Shown here: in pieces, positions 13,975-29,586 of the stretch
How positions within the stretch are numbered: the first letter of the stretch is position 1
How the letters are laid out: every line of letters starts with the position of its first letter
NCBI GenBank assembly: GCA_964016885.1
Contig: OZ024740.1
Span: 131,812,001 to 131,876,000, forward strand
DNA from: Eledone cirrhosa
Taxonomy: Eukaryota
DNA length: 64,000 nt
Direction of reading: 5' to 3'
Position numbers and translations under genes: made by a program
The notes under the pieces: model-generated
Told to the model about the DNA's origin: nothing
What the model saw: only the letters and a program-made list of their open reading frames with translations
Database searches by the model: none

Positions 13975-16577
13975 AAGAGGATGACGGAGCGCGTCTACCA
14001 GGAGTTGGGACATCTGTTCGACGAGAGTGGTATACATATACTTGCCATCCAAGAACACAGGATCCTACACGATGAGCCTGTGAGGAGTGTGATGATTGGG
14101 AAGATGAGCCAGTGAGGAGCATGACCAATGCTGCAGTGAGGAGCATGACCAATGCTGCAGTGGGAGGAGAGGGTTTTGTTTTCAGAACAAAAACCAGTCT
14201 ATTGGTGAGGGAAATAATACCTGTCACCCCGCGAGTGTTGAGTATGACCTTCAATGGAAACTCAAGACTGACAGTCATCTCAGCCTATAGTCCAACCGAG
14301 GGAGACAGTGATGTGAGTGCGGAAGAGTTCCACGAGGAGGTGTGTAGAGCTGTCAACACCATACAAGTACACAGCATCCTGCTTGTTTTGGGGGACTTCA
14401 AGCACATCTGAGTAAGGAGGGCAATGAAGATTCTTGCTGGTACTTCCATAACAACACCAACCAAATAGAAGACTACTGAGAGAGACCCTGTTGGAGGCGA
14501 ACTTGATAGCAACTAACCTAAGGTTTAGGAAGAATCCGGGGAAGATGTGGACCTACATCGCAGATATGCATCTGTCCAAGTCCCAGATTTATTTCATTCT
14601 GGTGAGGAAAAAGTGGAGGAATAGTGTTCTGAACACAGAACCATACAACTAGTTCAGTACACTGAGGAGTGACCACCGGTTTGTTATGAGTGAGGTCCGG
14701 GTGAGCTTAAGAAAGAGCAAGGCTCAGCCCAGGGGACCAATCTATGACTGGGGAGATTTCAAGGAAGATGGTAAGCTACAGGAGAGGTCCAGTGATCTGT
14801 GTAGAGAAACAGAAGAGAGAGAGAGAGATTGGATGGACTGAGGAGAGTGTGACGCTGAGGTACGGGCACTTCACCAATGCTGTGGCGGAAGCAACTGAGA
14901 CCCTGGTGCCGAGGAGAAAGAACAAAAGGAAGCACGTCAGATCTGCAGACCCAAAAAGTGTGTTCAGCCACAGAAGACCTGAAAGCTGCTAAGGACCAAT
15001 TCTATGCTGACCCTACGGTGGAGAGGATAGAGACTCTGGAGGTGATGAGAGAAGAACTCTGTACCGCTTACACTGAGGCCATAGAGGAGGCACTGATAGA
15101 GAAGATCAGATGTGTGGAGAGAGCGGTTGACAGGTCTGGATGTAAGGAGATCTGGATGATCATCAACGAGATCACAGGGAGGAAGAGAACGTGTTTTAGT
15201 CAGATCCAGGGAACAGTGCCCGAGGATAGGAAGAAGAAATGGCTAGATCATTTTAGGACCCTACTAGCAGAGCCGACCTCCACAGCCCAGAGCACAGGGG
15301 AGCTCATGTGGCTGTTTGAAGAACTGGATATTGAGAGAGAGCCCTTCACCAGAGAGGAGATTCAGAGAGCAAGAAGAATATCAAGAAGGGCAAGGCTCAT
15401 GGAGAAAATGGAGTGGCATCAGAGGTGATGAAGAGGTGTGATTTTAATGATATCATCTTGGGGTTCTGTAACCAGGCACTGGAGAGGGGAGTTGCCCCGA
15501 ATCAGTGGAGGATCAGTAACATCGTCCCAGTGCCAAAGAAGATAGATCTCTCTAACTACAATAACTACAGGTGGATCTCACTGACGTCACTTGTGGCAAA
15601 GAACCTCAACAGGATGATTCCTAACATGATCCAGCCTGAGATGGAGAAGAGGCTCAGAGACAATCAGAACGGCTTCAGAGTGGGAAGATCAACCACCAGT
15701 CACAACCTGGTGCCGAGGAGGATATTAGAGGGTGCTAGAGCAAAGAGCCCTCCTGATGTGATAGTTTTCATTGACTTTAGGAATGCTTTTGATCCTGTGG
15801 ACCGTCACTGCCTGATGAAGATCTTACAGGCTTATGGAATCCCCAAGAAGGGAGTGGACCTGATATCACTGCTCTACACCAACACCAAGCCCAAGTCAGT
15901 ACAACTGATGGGATGACAGAGTTCTTTGAGATACTGGCTGGAGTGCTCGATGAGTGTGGGACAGAGAATGAATGAGACTAAAACAAAATATCTGGTAGAG
16001 AATGTTGAGAAGCCAGAAGGGATCACTAATGTAGGCGGGAAGCCGCTAGAATTGGTTGAGAAGAAAGATTGGGAATACGGAACATGATGTTGTTGATAGT
16101 AAGAGCAAAGCATGGGCGGCATGTCACAGCATGAGATCGGTGTGGGAATCGGGCCTTCGTAAAGATGCGAAAATAAGCCTCTTCATTTATGTAGTGGAGT
16201 ATGTGCTGCTGTACGAGTCTGAGACTTGGACACTTTCCAAGAAACTCACTCAGATGGTGGATGGGTGCCACACGAAAACTCTGAGGATGGCTCTGAACAT
16301 TTTTCAGTATACACTGAGGAGGAAAAACTCAGAGCTGTATGGGAGCCTACCAAAAGTCAGCTCAAAAGTGACACAGAGGATACTGAGGGTAGCTGGACAT
16401 GCTCACCGACATCCAGAGTTGACATGGACACACTGGAAGAGGAAGACCAAGGTTAACGTATGTTGATGCCCTAAAGAGAGATACTGGTATGTTGGAGAGG
16501 CGGGACATGGCAGCGATAATGAGGGACAGTGACCGCTGGAGAGAACTCGTCCATGGATCTCGGGAATTTTACCCGTC
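13975..16577 (+). mobile_element. RTE-clade LINE, near full length, degenerate (APE plus RT)
   Basis: APE motifs ILAIQEHR, VISAYSPT, VLGDF, SDHR; RT motifs IVPVPKK..YRWISLTS, NQNGFR.GRST, FIDFRNAFD; C-terminal LLYESETWTL; 3' end gatctcgggaattttacccgtc abuts (TA)n; several frameshifts and deletions. Confidence 0.93.
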
Positions 16578-16637
16578 CTACAAATATATATATATATATA
16601 TATATATATGAGATATCTCTCTCTCACTCTCTCTCTC

Positions 16638-16741
<104 letters not shown>

Positions 16742-17151
16742 GAAAGAGAGAGAGAGAGAGAGCCAGAGAGAAAGAGAGAGTGAGAGAGAGAGAGAGAGCT
16801 AGAGAGATATGTCATTTGTTGCTACACTTGTACGATTGGGGTTGGTTTCGCTTTCAATACGCACACTTCATCTTAACCTCAGGGGTGTGTAAGATTGCGC
16901 GTGTATATTCTTGTGGGGATCATTAAAAGACTGTCCTATGTTCTAGAACACAAGTGTAGTAGACACATTTAATTGTAAAAGAGAAAAAGAATTTATCTCA
17001 TATTATCAATATAGACATTCATACACTAACGTCAGTGCATGGATACACACCGAATTATACATAGTGGCCTTGATACACACACACACACTCTCTCGCAATC
17101 CACAAACTGAATGTATATATATAGTTATATATATATATATATGTATGTAAA

Positions 17152-17257
<106 letters not shown>

Positions 17258-17302
17258 TGTATATATATATATTGCATATGTATATATATATATATATATT
17301 GC

Positions 17303-17379
<77 letters not shown>

Positions 17380-18641
17380 TACATACATGCATATATACAT
17401 AGATGCATATATAGATACCGCCTTCACTGAAAATAAATGAACATGCATAGATATTGGAGGATTAGATTGTGGCACACAATCATAACAATGTTAATTATCT
17501 CCCGAAACAACAAACATGTTCACAATCACGTGCATAAACCTTCGAAATACGCATGAAGACCTATAGTAGGTGGTAGTGCACACATATTTACAGAAATACA
17601 AATGAATATACACTCGTAGGAAAACATACCTAACTCATACACAGAAACACGCAAACAGACAAATACACAAGCACCATTTCAGTAATTGTCTACTCCAACT
17701 TTATTGAAGATTTCAAATGCCTCCTAGCGTTTTACCAAAAATTGACAGCGGTACAGTTCTTTAAGTTTGATTGCAATCTACTTAAATACCTTCGCACCAC
17801 TCGAAATTTTAATTGAGTCAATGAAGAAAGCTTCTCCTTCAGACGAGGAACAAACAATACAAATATAAATGGACTTGCGGTATATTTTCTCTATAGAAAA
17901 CTTGCTAATCTTAATATCGTCCCACCAAAACACTCCAATTTCACATACACAAAACTATTTTCATAAATATCTCCCTAATTCACTTTACATTTCTATATTG
18001 GTACCACCTTCATACTTCAACGCACGTACGCAAGTGCAAACACAAACTCATATATACCCAGACGTACATAATATTACATATATCCCCATACTCAAACACA
18101 CATTTACTCACACTGAATTTCACACACGCATAGATACATATAAATGAGGGTGTGCGTCCTAGGGTATAATTCAGTAGCTGTTATTTGATGTATGTGGACA
18201 TCAAAACTACGACGACAGCTCTGGATAACTTGTTGATTGCTTAGTTTTACTAAAACATATATTGATTCGATTTAAATAGGTAAATACAAAAGTAGCTCTT
18301 CGATTTAAAAATAAAATATCGACACCTAGATATTTTCTATCTCATTTTCTAGAATTTGTTATACCTACAGAATTTATTTCTTGAATACTTTTCCTACACA
18401 AAATGTTTCTTTGAAAGCTGTATGAAATAAAATGTTGTAGGTTTCTGCATTTACCAAGAACTAGCGAATTTGACTATTATCTCCTATAATATACACACTT
18501 GCAGGAATGTATATGTCTCCATTTGTTTCTGACTATTTGAATAAAATCCATTCATCTTAATACTTTTCAATTATTTCATTATTTTTAATTAATGTATTCT
18601 GTACACACATCTGAATGCTGCAGCAAATATATTGCAAAATA

Positions 18642-19065
18642 TGTTTCTACTTTAGGCACAAGGCCTGAAAATTAAAAAGAAGGGGAAAGTCCACCAAATT
18701 GACACAAGTGTGTAGATTCTGCTTTATTTTTGCAACTCTGTATGGAAAGCTAACCTCGATGGGATTTGAAACAGAACCTGAATAGCCGTAACTATATGCC
18801 ACTATCACGGTGTCCGGCACGCTGCAGGTATAGCAAATACACTGATTTATATAGACCAACTAATAATGGTTTCTGATATAGACACAAGCCAAGAACTTGG
18901 TGGGAGAGGAAAGTCGTTTATATCAACGCAAGTGCATTGCAGGTACCATATAGTATTGACCAAATAAGGATGAAATACAAAGCTAACTTTGGCAGAATTT
19001 GAAGCGGAACGTAAAGGAACGTACATATGCCACAAATCATGTTTTCCGACACTGTACCAATACTG
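18642..19065 (-). mobile_element. Two adjacent old SINE copies
   Basis: tttctactttaggcacaaggcctgaaa...aacctcgatgggatttgaa and a second aaggatgaaatacaaagctaactttggcagaatttgaa block. Confidence 0.7.
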
Positions 19066-19591
19066 CTAATACACCGCTCACTAGAAGTATAATAACAAGA
19101 TTGAAAGATACACGTCAGGTTTTATTATATAGACATGCAAATTTACAATACACAACGAAAAAAAATTGTTCTTACTTGCCGAATTTATCGTGTTTATTTA
19201 ATATATTTTCATGCCAACCGATTTCAGCTACGTGTAGTGTAAATTCTGCTGCTGTTCAATGATTTTTAACACGTGTCCTTATTATGTATGTATATATGAT
19301 GGCTGCCTACTCTATGTCAAGTATGTCCATTGCATGATATAACATTATTAATAATTATCAATTAATGCTATCGTGCAATCCCAGCGCGTAAATATTTTTT
19401 TTAAAGAGAGGAAAGATTGCACTTAGCCAATCCCACTCTCTGAGCGCCAGTAGTTACAACCTAAAAGAAGAAAAAATCAACATCAGCGGTAACTACCGAA
19501 TCCCAGGTGTTATATCGGAGTTATCCCACTTTCCTGAGTTGCTTTCTCCTAGAAGAATGCCCTGACAAATGGTAGGGTTCCTTCACCCAAC

Positions 19592-19657
<66 letters not shown>

Positions 19658-20067
19658 GCCAAGAGGTGTGGCCGGCAGATAGTATCAGCAATGGAAAGAC
19701 TAATGTATATATATATACGCATATAAATAGAGAGAGAGAGAAAGGGGGAATGAGGGGGGTATACAGAAAGGGGGTTGAGGGAGAGAATAAATGAATAAGT
19801 AGAAAGATAGATTTTGACATTGAAAATATATATTATAAAGAGTTGTGAAATTCATACATAAGGAGCTGCCATTAAAATATTTCAAACATATCAATATTGA
19901 GCGAGAAATGCTACGTAGGTTTTAGGTTTTAAAAACCTATGTATTGGGCAATGTAAAGAGGCTATAGTATCATTGGCCTGTGTATTGCAAGAGGTATCTT
20001 TCGTATGTGTTAAAAACATATTAAAGAAGTCTGCAGACGTCTGAAAATTAAATATTAACAAATAAAT

Positions 20068-20222
20068 GCTTCTACTTTTGGCACAAGGCCAGAAATTATC
20101 CAAGGGCATTACTGGTACTTTATTTTATCGACCCCATAAGGATGAAAAGCAAAGTTAACCTCGGTGTGATTTGACATTACACCGAAAAGCATGGCACTTG
20201 ACTCTCAACCGATACTGCCAAA
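20068..20222 (-). mobile_element. tRNA-derived SINE copy
   Basis: cttctacttttggcacaaggcc...ttttatcgacccc..aaggatgaaa...ccgatactgcca. Confidence 0.85.
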
Positions 20223-20899
20223 CCATTGGAGCAGGTACAACTAAATAAATATGATATATCTAAGAAATAAGGCGGTATGGTATTATTGCTTTTCTGTGTC
20301 ATTATATTCCGAGTACAGCCTCCGCATTGTGAAGAAGAAAAGTGACAGGCATAAATAACCAGTCTCCTCATACACATATATTACCATGAATGTATACAAA
20401 TACTTATCGTAGCTCTACCTATTTAAATGTTTGGTGGATTTTCCCTCATCCTAAAAACACTGATATTCAGTTATTTCTTTCTTCAATCAATGTAAACATT
20501 GAATGATTTTCATCAATTCTGTGCATTTTATGCTACATAGCTCAATTTCTTTAGCCGGATATTGCTAATATAGAGATAATTCAAAGAAGCCCTATCATAT
20601 GCAACTTTTCTCAACACGTTGGAAAATATGTTAATTCGTTATATAATTATAATTATATAACGAATTTCTAAACATAACTATACATTACAGAATGAAAGGT
20701 ATAATTATAAGACATGTTATTGATATTTTAAGTGAAGTAAGTATAAAATTCACAGAAAGTTTGACAACAAAGTATATTTAATTATATATACGACGATATG
20801 ATTACACTCCCAAGAAGTGTGAAATGTGAATCGAAAATGTTCATTTTATTCACAAAACTCACACAAATAGTTGTCTTGGCCAAATGCATAGCGAGTGCA

Positions 20900-21180
20900 A
20901 GCATGATGGTGCTAGTCTCTATATTGACCCAGCAAATAAGTGAAATATCTCGGTTGTTAATAGCTGCCAAATTCAGGATGAAGTGTAAAAGTGGCCATTG
21001 AAATGGACTTTACAAGAGCTAGAAATAGCAAAATTCTGGGTGAAAGATAAAAAAGTAGACATAGAGTTGATCTTTAAACGTGTCGGATATAGCAATTATA
21101 TTTAGGGCGAAAGGTAAAAAAGTGGACATCAAAGTAGTATTTATTCGTACTAGAAATAGCAGCCATAATCAGGATGATAG
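20900..21180 (+). repeat. Degenerate tandem repeat, about 70-bp unit, roughly 4 copies
   Basis: Recurring tagaaatagc(a)..aatt(c)agg(a)tgaa..taaaaagtggacat blocks. Confidence 0.6.
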
Positions 21181-23529
21181 AGATATTGGAGGTTCGGCAT
21201 TATGTAACCAATGAAATATATAAAAATTATGTTGTCATAAATAATTATAATAATAAAAAGATTAGTCAGTATGCAAGATACAAATACTAAAAACGCGGGA
21301 CGTTTTTAAACATACGAAGTAGATTTTTGCATGATTGTGAAACAGTCTGAATTCCACGGATTTTATAAATGAACCACACATCAAATTGAAATGTAAGTTA
21401 TGGAATGAATTAAAAACATATTAAGAATGTATCAAATGTAAAAATATATAACTAACACAATTATTCCCTTTGATCAGACTGGAAGTTGATAGAGTCAATA
21501 TTTCAGAGTCTGTGTGCTGCCTAAAAACTGTACATATTTTTGCGGAGTTTAAAGTCATTTAAAGGAAATGTTTCAATAGAAAGTTTCTATTTATGAAAAC
21601 AACTTTTCCAAAATAATAATATCCAAGAAACTATTATGACATAAATACATTTTAATTTATTTTTCAAAGTATCCCGGAACGGTTAAATTTTCCGGAGTTT
21701 GCGGTACGTGTTTTTTGTCGATCATGTGTTGGTTGACCTAGTACACATGGTGAAATATGATAACATATTTCATTAATACAGGTTAGGTTCGTGATATTGT
21801 GTAAATGCTGCGAACAGCCCCATATGGTTTCATATGAGTTTTTTTGTCTAATGTTTCCAATCTCTAAATTATAATGTCACTCGAAAGATCTGTACGAGCA
21901 ATAGATGCAAATTAAATAAAAAATAATATTTACAGTTTGTTGTTGTGATTGAGATGCCAAAACATATAAGGTGCGTCATAATGTATTACGTTAATCTTAT
22001 TAGTTAAATGTATTGTTAGAATTAACATAAGATATTCTAAAAATGTGGTGTTTATGTATACATCTCATTCGTGCATATTCGTATTGTTTATTGGATGTTC
22101 GTTTAAGACAAACTTGTGTACCCCATAGGTTCTGAATTCCTAATCCATGATAACATTACTAGCTTCAAAGCATGTTCTTCATAATGGTAATTTCGGTAGT
22201 TCGTACGTTGTATAGTATAAATGGGGAAACATACTTTACGTTAGAATGTGCGCCTAACATATTATTCAATATACAAACAATGGAATGAGGAATAATAATA
22301 CACATAGATAATTAGTTTAGAGTATCTGGACAATAAAATGATGAATTATGAGAAGTTAGCGAGGGATAATAGTGAACAGCGATTAAATCAATTTTCAATG
22401 ATTGATAGTGATACAATAAAAATGTACGGATATTGTATTACTAGGGAAATCTATCTGAGTAAAAACCTTGTAGCACTTTGAAATATTTCTAATATTTGCT
22501 TCTGTTTTTGCCCGTATGTACACTGTACGAGAGTGAAAAATATAAGACGAGGTGTAGATTGAATTACAAAATGTATGATTATATGTATGGATTCAGCTAC
22601 GTATCGTATCTACGTCGTGTATTCTATTAGAAAAATTACAAGGGGTTTACAAAGTATGACAATGAAACTGGGGGACATTTATGGTTTCGTACAGCGGTCG
22701 TTCCTCAGAAATTATGTTTTTTGCTCATAGATCTTAAACACGAAAGAGAAGATTAGGTTCCAAACTGTTAGAGTAAGGTCAACGTCGTGTGTGTATGTGT
22801 TTTGTATTTGCAGGGTGTGTGATGTATGGCATTAAATATGTATAGTTTCACAACTTCGCTCACACACACGTATGCATATTGCAAATATGTTGTATGTATA
22901 TGAATGTATATTATACATATTCATATATGCACATACATTCTCGATGTAAAATTCCACTCTGAATTGGTGCCTTAGTTGTGTAGTGTATATATGTGCATAT
23001 TTGTTATTGAGAGGATAATTTGCACAGAATGATATTTATTATATGAGTTTTAAAGGACAGTGATGATACTAGAATAGAATACTGAAATCATTAATTCCAG
23101 TTTAGTTTGTAAGATATTCAGCTATTATTCACATGCAAGCCTGAGTGAGGAGATATATCGTGTAGATCAAATGCGCTTTTGATCAAGGAATGAAAATTGT
23201 AAAGAAGGTTTACGAGTCGATGTATCACTGTCTATTGTGTAATTTATGGAATGAAATGTCAATGCTTATATATTAGCTAATTACATATAATTTGTTTTAT
23301 ATTTCGGAAAGAACATTAATTTATTGAATGTAATCGGCTCCATGCCGAGTAGCCTGGATCTCCTAAATGCACCGAAGTAATAGTAATCCTGAATGATCCC
23401 AATTTTCATAATGAGATAGAAGATTGAGTGTATTGATTCTAGAAGAATCTCATTGTTATGTAACTCCGAGGAAGTATATACTTAATATCTGACAAAGTGA
23501 TGTACGGATATTTTTGTGTTCCATCTACC

Positions 23530-23740
23530 TGGAAACAGCGTGGGTTTTGCCGCAGGTGCAGCACAGTCAGCCAAATATTCACACTACGGCAGGTCTTCCA
23601 TTAGTGTGAGAGAATTGTCAAGAGATGTATGCTTGTTTCCTAGACCTCGAAAAGGCACACGAGTGTGTTCCGCAGAACATGTAGAAGGTTTTCCCGGAGT
23701 ATGTGATTAATAACATCTTGTTCTTAGTCTGATGCCTCTA
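23530..23740 (+). mobile_element. Old non-LTR reverse transcriptase fragment
   Basis: Translates, with frameshifts, as QRGFCRRCSTVSQIFTLRQVF and VYACFLDLEKAHECVP, matching LINE RT motifs QxGFR..ST..QIFTLRQ and FxDxxKAxDxV. Confidence 0.75.
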
Positions 23741-25154
23741 TAAATAAACCCTAGTATGCGTTTCCTTTCTATATTATATTTTTGTTCAATTATCAAGTTG
23801 TTTATTTCTGTTGTGTAATCATTAATGCTATAGATAATAGACACAACCACAAGTATATGGCCCGAACGTGGAAGAGCCTAACTCCCACTGCCATCGCCTC
23901 CGTCTCTCTCGCCCTCCTCATCTCTCTGTATGGTGAGCAAATAAGGTACCACGTGCTGGCCTCCTCACAGTCCCGGCGGACAGAATGGAGAAAGCGTTTT
24001 TCCGGAGGATGATAGTTCGGATATTTGGTGCTATGTTGAAACCGTCCACCCTCACATACATACACACGAACGCCTACACTATTGAAGCGTTCCTTCATTC
24101 TAAGCATATACCTATACAAATGAGATAATTGTAAGTTTCTTGCCAAAAACCTTTGGTATCAATAGTTTATTGACACATGTCAAAACAATTAGTAGTGAAA
24201 GTGGTGGGATTAGCATTCTCACAACTAATTGATTTGACAGGTGTCAATAACGCATTGATAGCAAATATGTTTGGCCAGAGCCTGACAATTATCATTCACG
24301 CATGAATCCCATTTGTATGGATATATGCTTAGAAAGAATGAACCCTTCAGGAGTGTTAAAGTTCGTGTGTATGTGAATGTGAACGTGTGTATGTCCTTTA
24401 TTTTTGTGTACATATCTAGAAATATATTATTGAAAGAATCCCTTGGTAAATGACTTCCACTCATAACCGAAAACAAAAACCACCATCCCCATCCACCAGA
24501 AAACATATGAATAAAACTGTTTTGAAACGACAGCTGGCTTTTCTGGTGATTTCTTTTGAATTAAATAGTTGTAGCCCTGCAGAAGCCATTTCTATATTAA
24601 ACTTCATATTTACACTCTACTAAATTATTCAGTATTTTACTAGTTGTTGTTACCCCCGATTGAACCCGGACTCACACTCAATCAATTATATGTATATCAT
24701 CAATATTCACAAAAAGGATTTATAATTCATAGATTTTTATTTCATATAATCTGATTTTGTTTCATAATATTTAATGGCAAAACCTAAAATTGATCCTAAT
24801 TGTGAGACGCATTAAAGGAACTACTGCTATTATCATATAGTTGTGTTTTATATAGCTATGGCTTTTTATTTTGAATTGATAATTGAATTAGATGAAAAAT
24901 AAACGAATGAAAACATAATACGTTTGTGATAAATCTTCGATACACTACAGAAAACGTACACAATATGAATTATAAACGATATTTAGATGGGGTCTTAAAG
25001 ATTATTTTAAACATTACATGACTAATATACGAAAATCTTAAGTATAACAACTAGTAGACTAACTAATGCTTAGAAAGTAAAACTTAATTATATTATTAAA
25101 AATGGAATACATCAAACCCAAATAAAAATTAATAGGATATCGGAGAAAATTACA

Positions 25155-25340
25155 ATTGTTTCTACTTTTGGCACAAGGCCAGTAATTATCCAGTGCATTA
25201 CTGGTACTTTATTTTATCGACCCCGTAAGGATGAAAGGCACAGTTAACCTCGGCGGGTTTGAACTCAGAATCGTAAGGGCCGTAATTCTATGCGCCAAAG
25301 CATGATGCCCGACCTTCTACCGAGACTGCCAATCCACCGC
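25155..25340 (-). mobile_element. tRNA-derived SINE, full length
   Basis: Close reverse complement of 9300-9483. Confidence 0.92.
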
Positions 25341-27414
25341 ATATGATAGAAAATGATGGAGAAAATTATAATAAAATATGTTTGCTTACGTAATTATTAT
25401 TATGTATTAACATATTCATAATTAATAGTTTAACAAACGTTAAAAACGGTTAATGAAAATAAGAACATTCAGTTTAAATTATTACTCATGCCCAAGCATT
25501 GTAAACATACGATGTAATAATGTGGAAAATTGATTCTACATTTTTAACAAGTATAATTATGTTTAATAAATAAATAATGTAATAATCTTAATGAAAATAT
25601 GGCATATTTCAAATTCTATTAAAAATTAAGGACATGTAGGAAATTATAGTAATACATTAATTTTAACCGATCATTATTTTGTTTTAATATTTGTTCATAT
25701 AAAGAGTAAATGTAACATCGTTATGAACGATACATTCTACAATTAATTATTTTGTTTTTATTTCTTATGCATGTGTAAATACAATGTAAACGTCTATATC
25801 AATGTCAGTAGAATTATTTTCCGAGTTATTCATCGCTAATGCAAATAAAGATTAACTATATTCGATTAACGAAATAATTGTGAATGATACAAAATTCATT
25901 AGCAATTAAAATGTTATCATAGATAATTATAATACGCTGTTAATAGAGTATTGCTTTCCAATTAATAAAAAAAAAATAATTATATATAGTACAACGAAAA
26001 TTTGAAATTAATTACGTTCATTAAAGATAAAATGTCTAAATTCAACGTTTATATTAGGATTATTTCTTGAACGAACATGCCCTCTGATTCCAAACATCAT
26101 CTGATAAGGATAAAGAAATTACATTTTGAAAATCTTTAATTTCAATGTCATTAAAGCAGGTTTATGAACTATTATTCAAAAAGTAAAAATTATCATATAT
26201 GGAGAGCAAAAAGTATCTAATATATGATTTACAAGAACTTCGTTAGAAAGAAATATTACTCAGTCAACTATTTTGTATGGACTACCACTATTCATAATCG
26301 TTCAACATAAATTTTATTTTAACTTACAATTTACTAAATTCATGAAACATATTGCGAGAGCCAATTTGATATGATTTCTATTTTCATTTCTAAATGAATA
26401 TAAACGTATGTTATAGCTTTCTTTTAAGACTTTGTGGTGGGCCCTATATAAAATGAGTATCGAATCACCCTAGTAATTTACTTGTATGCAAACATTTTAA
26501 ACCTTGACATTAAATTTTAAGAGGACCATCCTCAGAGAGTCGTGATTTATGTGCAATAACAGCTGATCTGCTATTCATAATGATTCTAATTTCTCCGTTA
26601 TGATTTGGCGTAAATATATTATGGGTGATGATAGCTTCAAATCTTATATTATTGGAATGATCATGTTATAATTTCAATGCTTAATTTATCATAGCTCAAC
26701 GATTTTTTTTATTATAAACGAACCATTCTTTTCTTAAATGTCTCCTAAAATGATATCATTTTCTCAGATTAATTTAAATCATATAATAAGCTAAATTAGA
26801 TTTTGTTGAGTATACCATTTAAACTGTGTTGTTTCTTATTTGTCCTGATTTCTGTGTGCAAGTTGGAATTTATTTTTTAGCATATGGAAGAATAAATTTG
26901 GGAAATTGGACAATACTTGGATTCTGCCTGGTGAATCATCCCAACTATGTTTGCGCCTTCTTGTACTTTCCGTATTAATTACGTGACATTCGTAACTCTC
27001 ATTTGGATAATTATTGCATTCCACGTAACTATGAAATGCGCTAAGATTATTAGCAATATTATGATTTATCTTAATATATACAATTAACTTTTCTTACACC
27101 ATATTCCCCGGCAAAAACGCCTCGTTTGTCGCGTTCATTTATAACAATATTTCTATCAGATTTATCTTTGATGGATTGTGGTCTTGTGAAGTTTTATTTT
27201 GTAACATTTACAGGTTGTCAGATGGTATCTCCCTGATGGTTATTTACAGAATACATAAAAGATTGGATTCCCTCATGTTGGGGTTCATACTAACGTTTAG
27301 GTGTGATTAACGCTACGTTGTTTTGTTTATTTTTTCGTTTTTTTTCTCTTCAATTAATTTTTTTCTCTAAATCAGACATCTAGTTTTTCAATCCGATCCC
27401 GCCAAAAATAGATT

Positions 27415-28180
27415 CAAAAATGGCTAAGAATCGCTATGTGGCTGTGGTCAAGCCGGAAAGAATGTGATTGGTTTCTTACGGCGGGTAGGCTTGCTGCTAG
27501 AAAGCGCAGCCAAATATCGCCAAATTTAATCTCAACCTATTGGGAGATTATTAAATATAAAGGTTAACATATACATAAAGTTATAAATATATACATGTTG
27601 CAACTGGTCACTGTTAAGCTCTATGAAGAATTAATAAATTAAAAAATTAGAGCAATATATCATAAATCAGGTCCTTAGTATCATCAGATCGGATTGAAAA
27701 ACTAGATGTCTGATTTTGAGTTCGTCTCCTGATGAATCCTAACTCAGGACATTCCTATTATTTTGATGTCTAAAAATAAGGAAGAAACCATGGTAGAGAT
27801 ACAATTACGGTATCTGCGCATTTCTTCTAAGTTTAATTTTACACCTAATTGTGTATGGTTGATGGTATATTTAGTCAGTTTCTACATGCTGTCGAAATGT
27901 TGGATAAATACACGATTGAGGCCGCCGCGAAGAGGCTACGTTCGGTTATTTGTCCGAGATTTCTCCATAAGAGCATTTATTCTTATAGCTTGTTCTAATT
28001 GATTTTTTATATGGTTAATTATGCTAATTAGAAGAATAAATAGTATATATTTTATCTGATGATTCTAAAGACATGATTTATGATATATTGCTCTGATTTT
28101 TGAATTTATTAATTCTTCATAGAGCTTAAAAGTGATCAGTTGCAACATGTATATATCTATAACTTCATGTATATGTTAAC

Positions 28181-28187
<7 letters not shown>
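27415..28187. repeat. Fold-back copy of the 4411-4905 repeat family; inverted arms 27556-27689 and 28054-28187
   Basis: tataaaggttaacatatac...tcatcagat is mirrored by atctgatga...gttaacctttata; right end abuts (TA)n. Confidence 0.85.
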
Positions 28188-28244
<57 letters not shown>

Positions 28245-28676
28245 AAATAGTAAAATGGAAATAAATACAGTAGAAAATACTGTTGGGTTTTTTTTCAGTA
28301 TAATATCCAAAATATTTATTTATAAAGTGGGGATTTCCGTATTTAATCGTAGTACCGGTTTCAGTATTGTAAGCCTTTTCAATAACGAAAAAACTGCGGA
28401 ACCAACAATTTAACAACTACCGGCTCTGTTGGTCAACTAGCATAGAGTAAAAGAGACCTTCGGATAGAGACATGAACTTTCCTCTCTAAATATGTATGTA
28501 AAAACTAATAATTTTCCTTATCCATATTATTGTTATTTGTATGATTAATACTGAAATATAACTTTATAAATACATATTTTGTTATTACCCTGAAAATATC
28601 CCTCCACCATTTCCTATAATATGTTTTCCTTTTGACTATTTGTTTATATATATCAACTCGTATGACTTTTCTACAT

Positions 28677-28731
<55 letters not shown>

Positions 28732-28733
<2 letters not shown>

Positions 28734-29485
28734 GAGATCCATGGACGAGTTCTCTCCAGCGGTCTCTGTCCCTCATTATCGCTGCCATGTCATGCATCTC
28801 CAACAGACCAGTGTCTGTCCTTAGGGCATCAACATACGTTAACCTTGGTCTTCCTCTTCTAGTGTGTCCATGTAGGGGCACACAAAGGAGTACTGAGTGC
28901 AATGTAAACTCTGGATGTCGGTGAGCATGTCCAGCTAACCTCAGTCTCCTCTGTGTCACTTTTGAGCTGACTTGTGGGATGCTCCCATACAGCTCTGAGT
29001 TTTTCATCCTCAGTGTATACTGATTAATGTTCAGAGCCATCCTCAGCATTCTCGTGTAGCACCCATCCAGCATCTGAGTGAGTTTCTTGGTCAGTGTCCA
29101 AGTCTCAGACCCATACAGCAGCACAGACTCCACTACAGCAATGAAGAGGCGGATGTTCAGGTCTCTACGAAGGTCCGACTTCCACAGCGATCTCAAGCTG
29201 TGGCACGCCGCCCAGGCCTTGCTCTTCCTCTCAACCACATCATGCTCCGTATTCCCAATCTTTGGTCCCAAATACAGGAAGTCCTCAACCAATTCCAGCG
29301 GCTTCCCGCCTACATTAGTGATCCCCTCTGGCTTCTCAACATTCTCTACCAGATATTTTGTTTTAGTCTCATTCATTCTCAGCCCCACACTCATCGACAC
29401 AGTCTCAAACTCCCGCATCAAATCCTCTGCCTCCTTCACTGTATTTGTCAGCAAAACTATGTCGTCGGCAAATTCAGCATCCGAT

Positions 29486-29489
<4 letters not shown>
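28732..29489 (-). mobile_element. 5'-truncated RTE LINE embedded in (TA)n
   Basis: Open frame EFADDIV...FLYLG...[10 protein letters not shown]...GRPRLTY; same family as 13975-16577; (TA)n on both sides. Confidence 0.95.
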
Positions 29490-29524
<35 letters not shown>

Positions 29525-29586
29525 CGTTTCTGAATTTGTTTAGCAAGATTCTTTATCTTACTGGCAACATGACCCTCCCAAAGTAT

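Noticed and set aside
26836-27030. Minus-strand exon-like ORF after tttcatAG (YVECNNYPNESYECH...)
   Set aside because: No clear donor, no partner exons and no recognisable domain.
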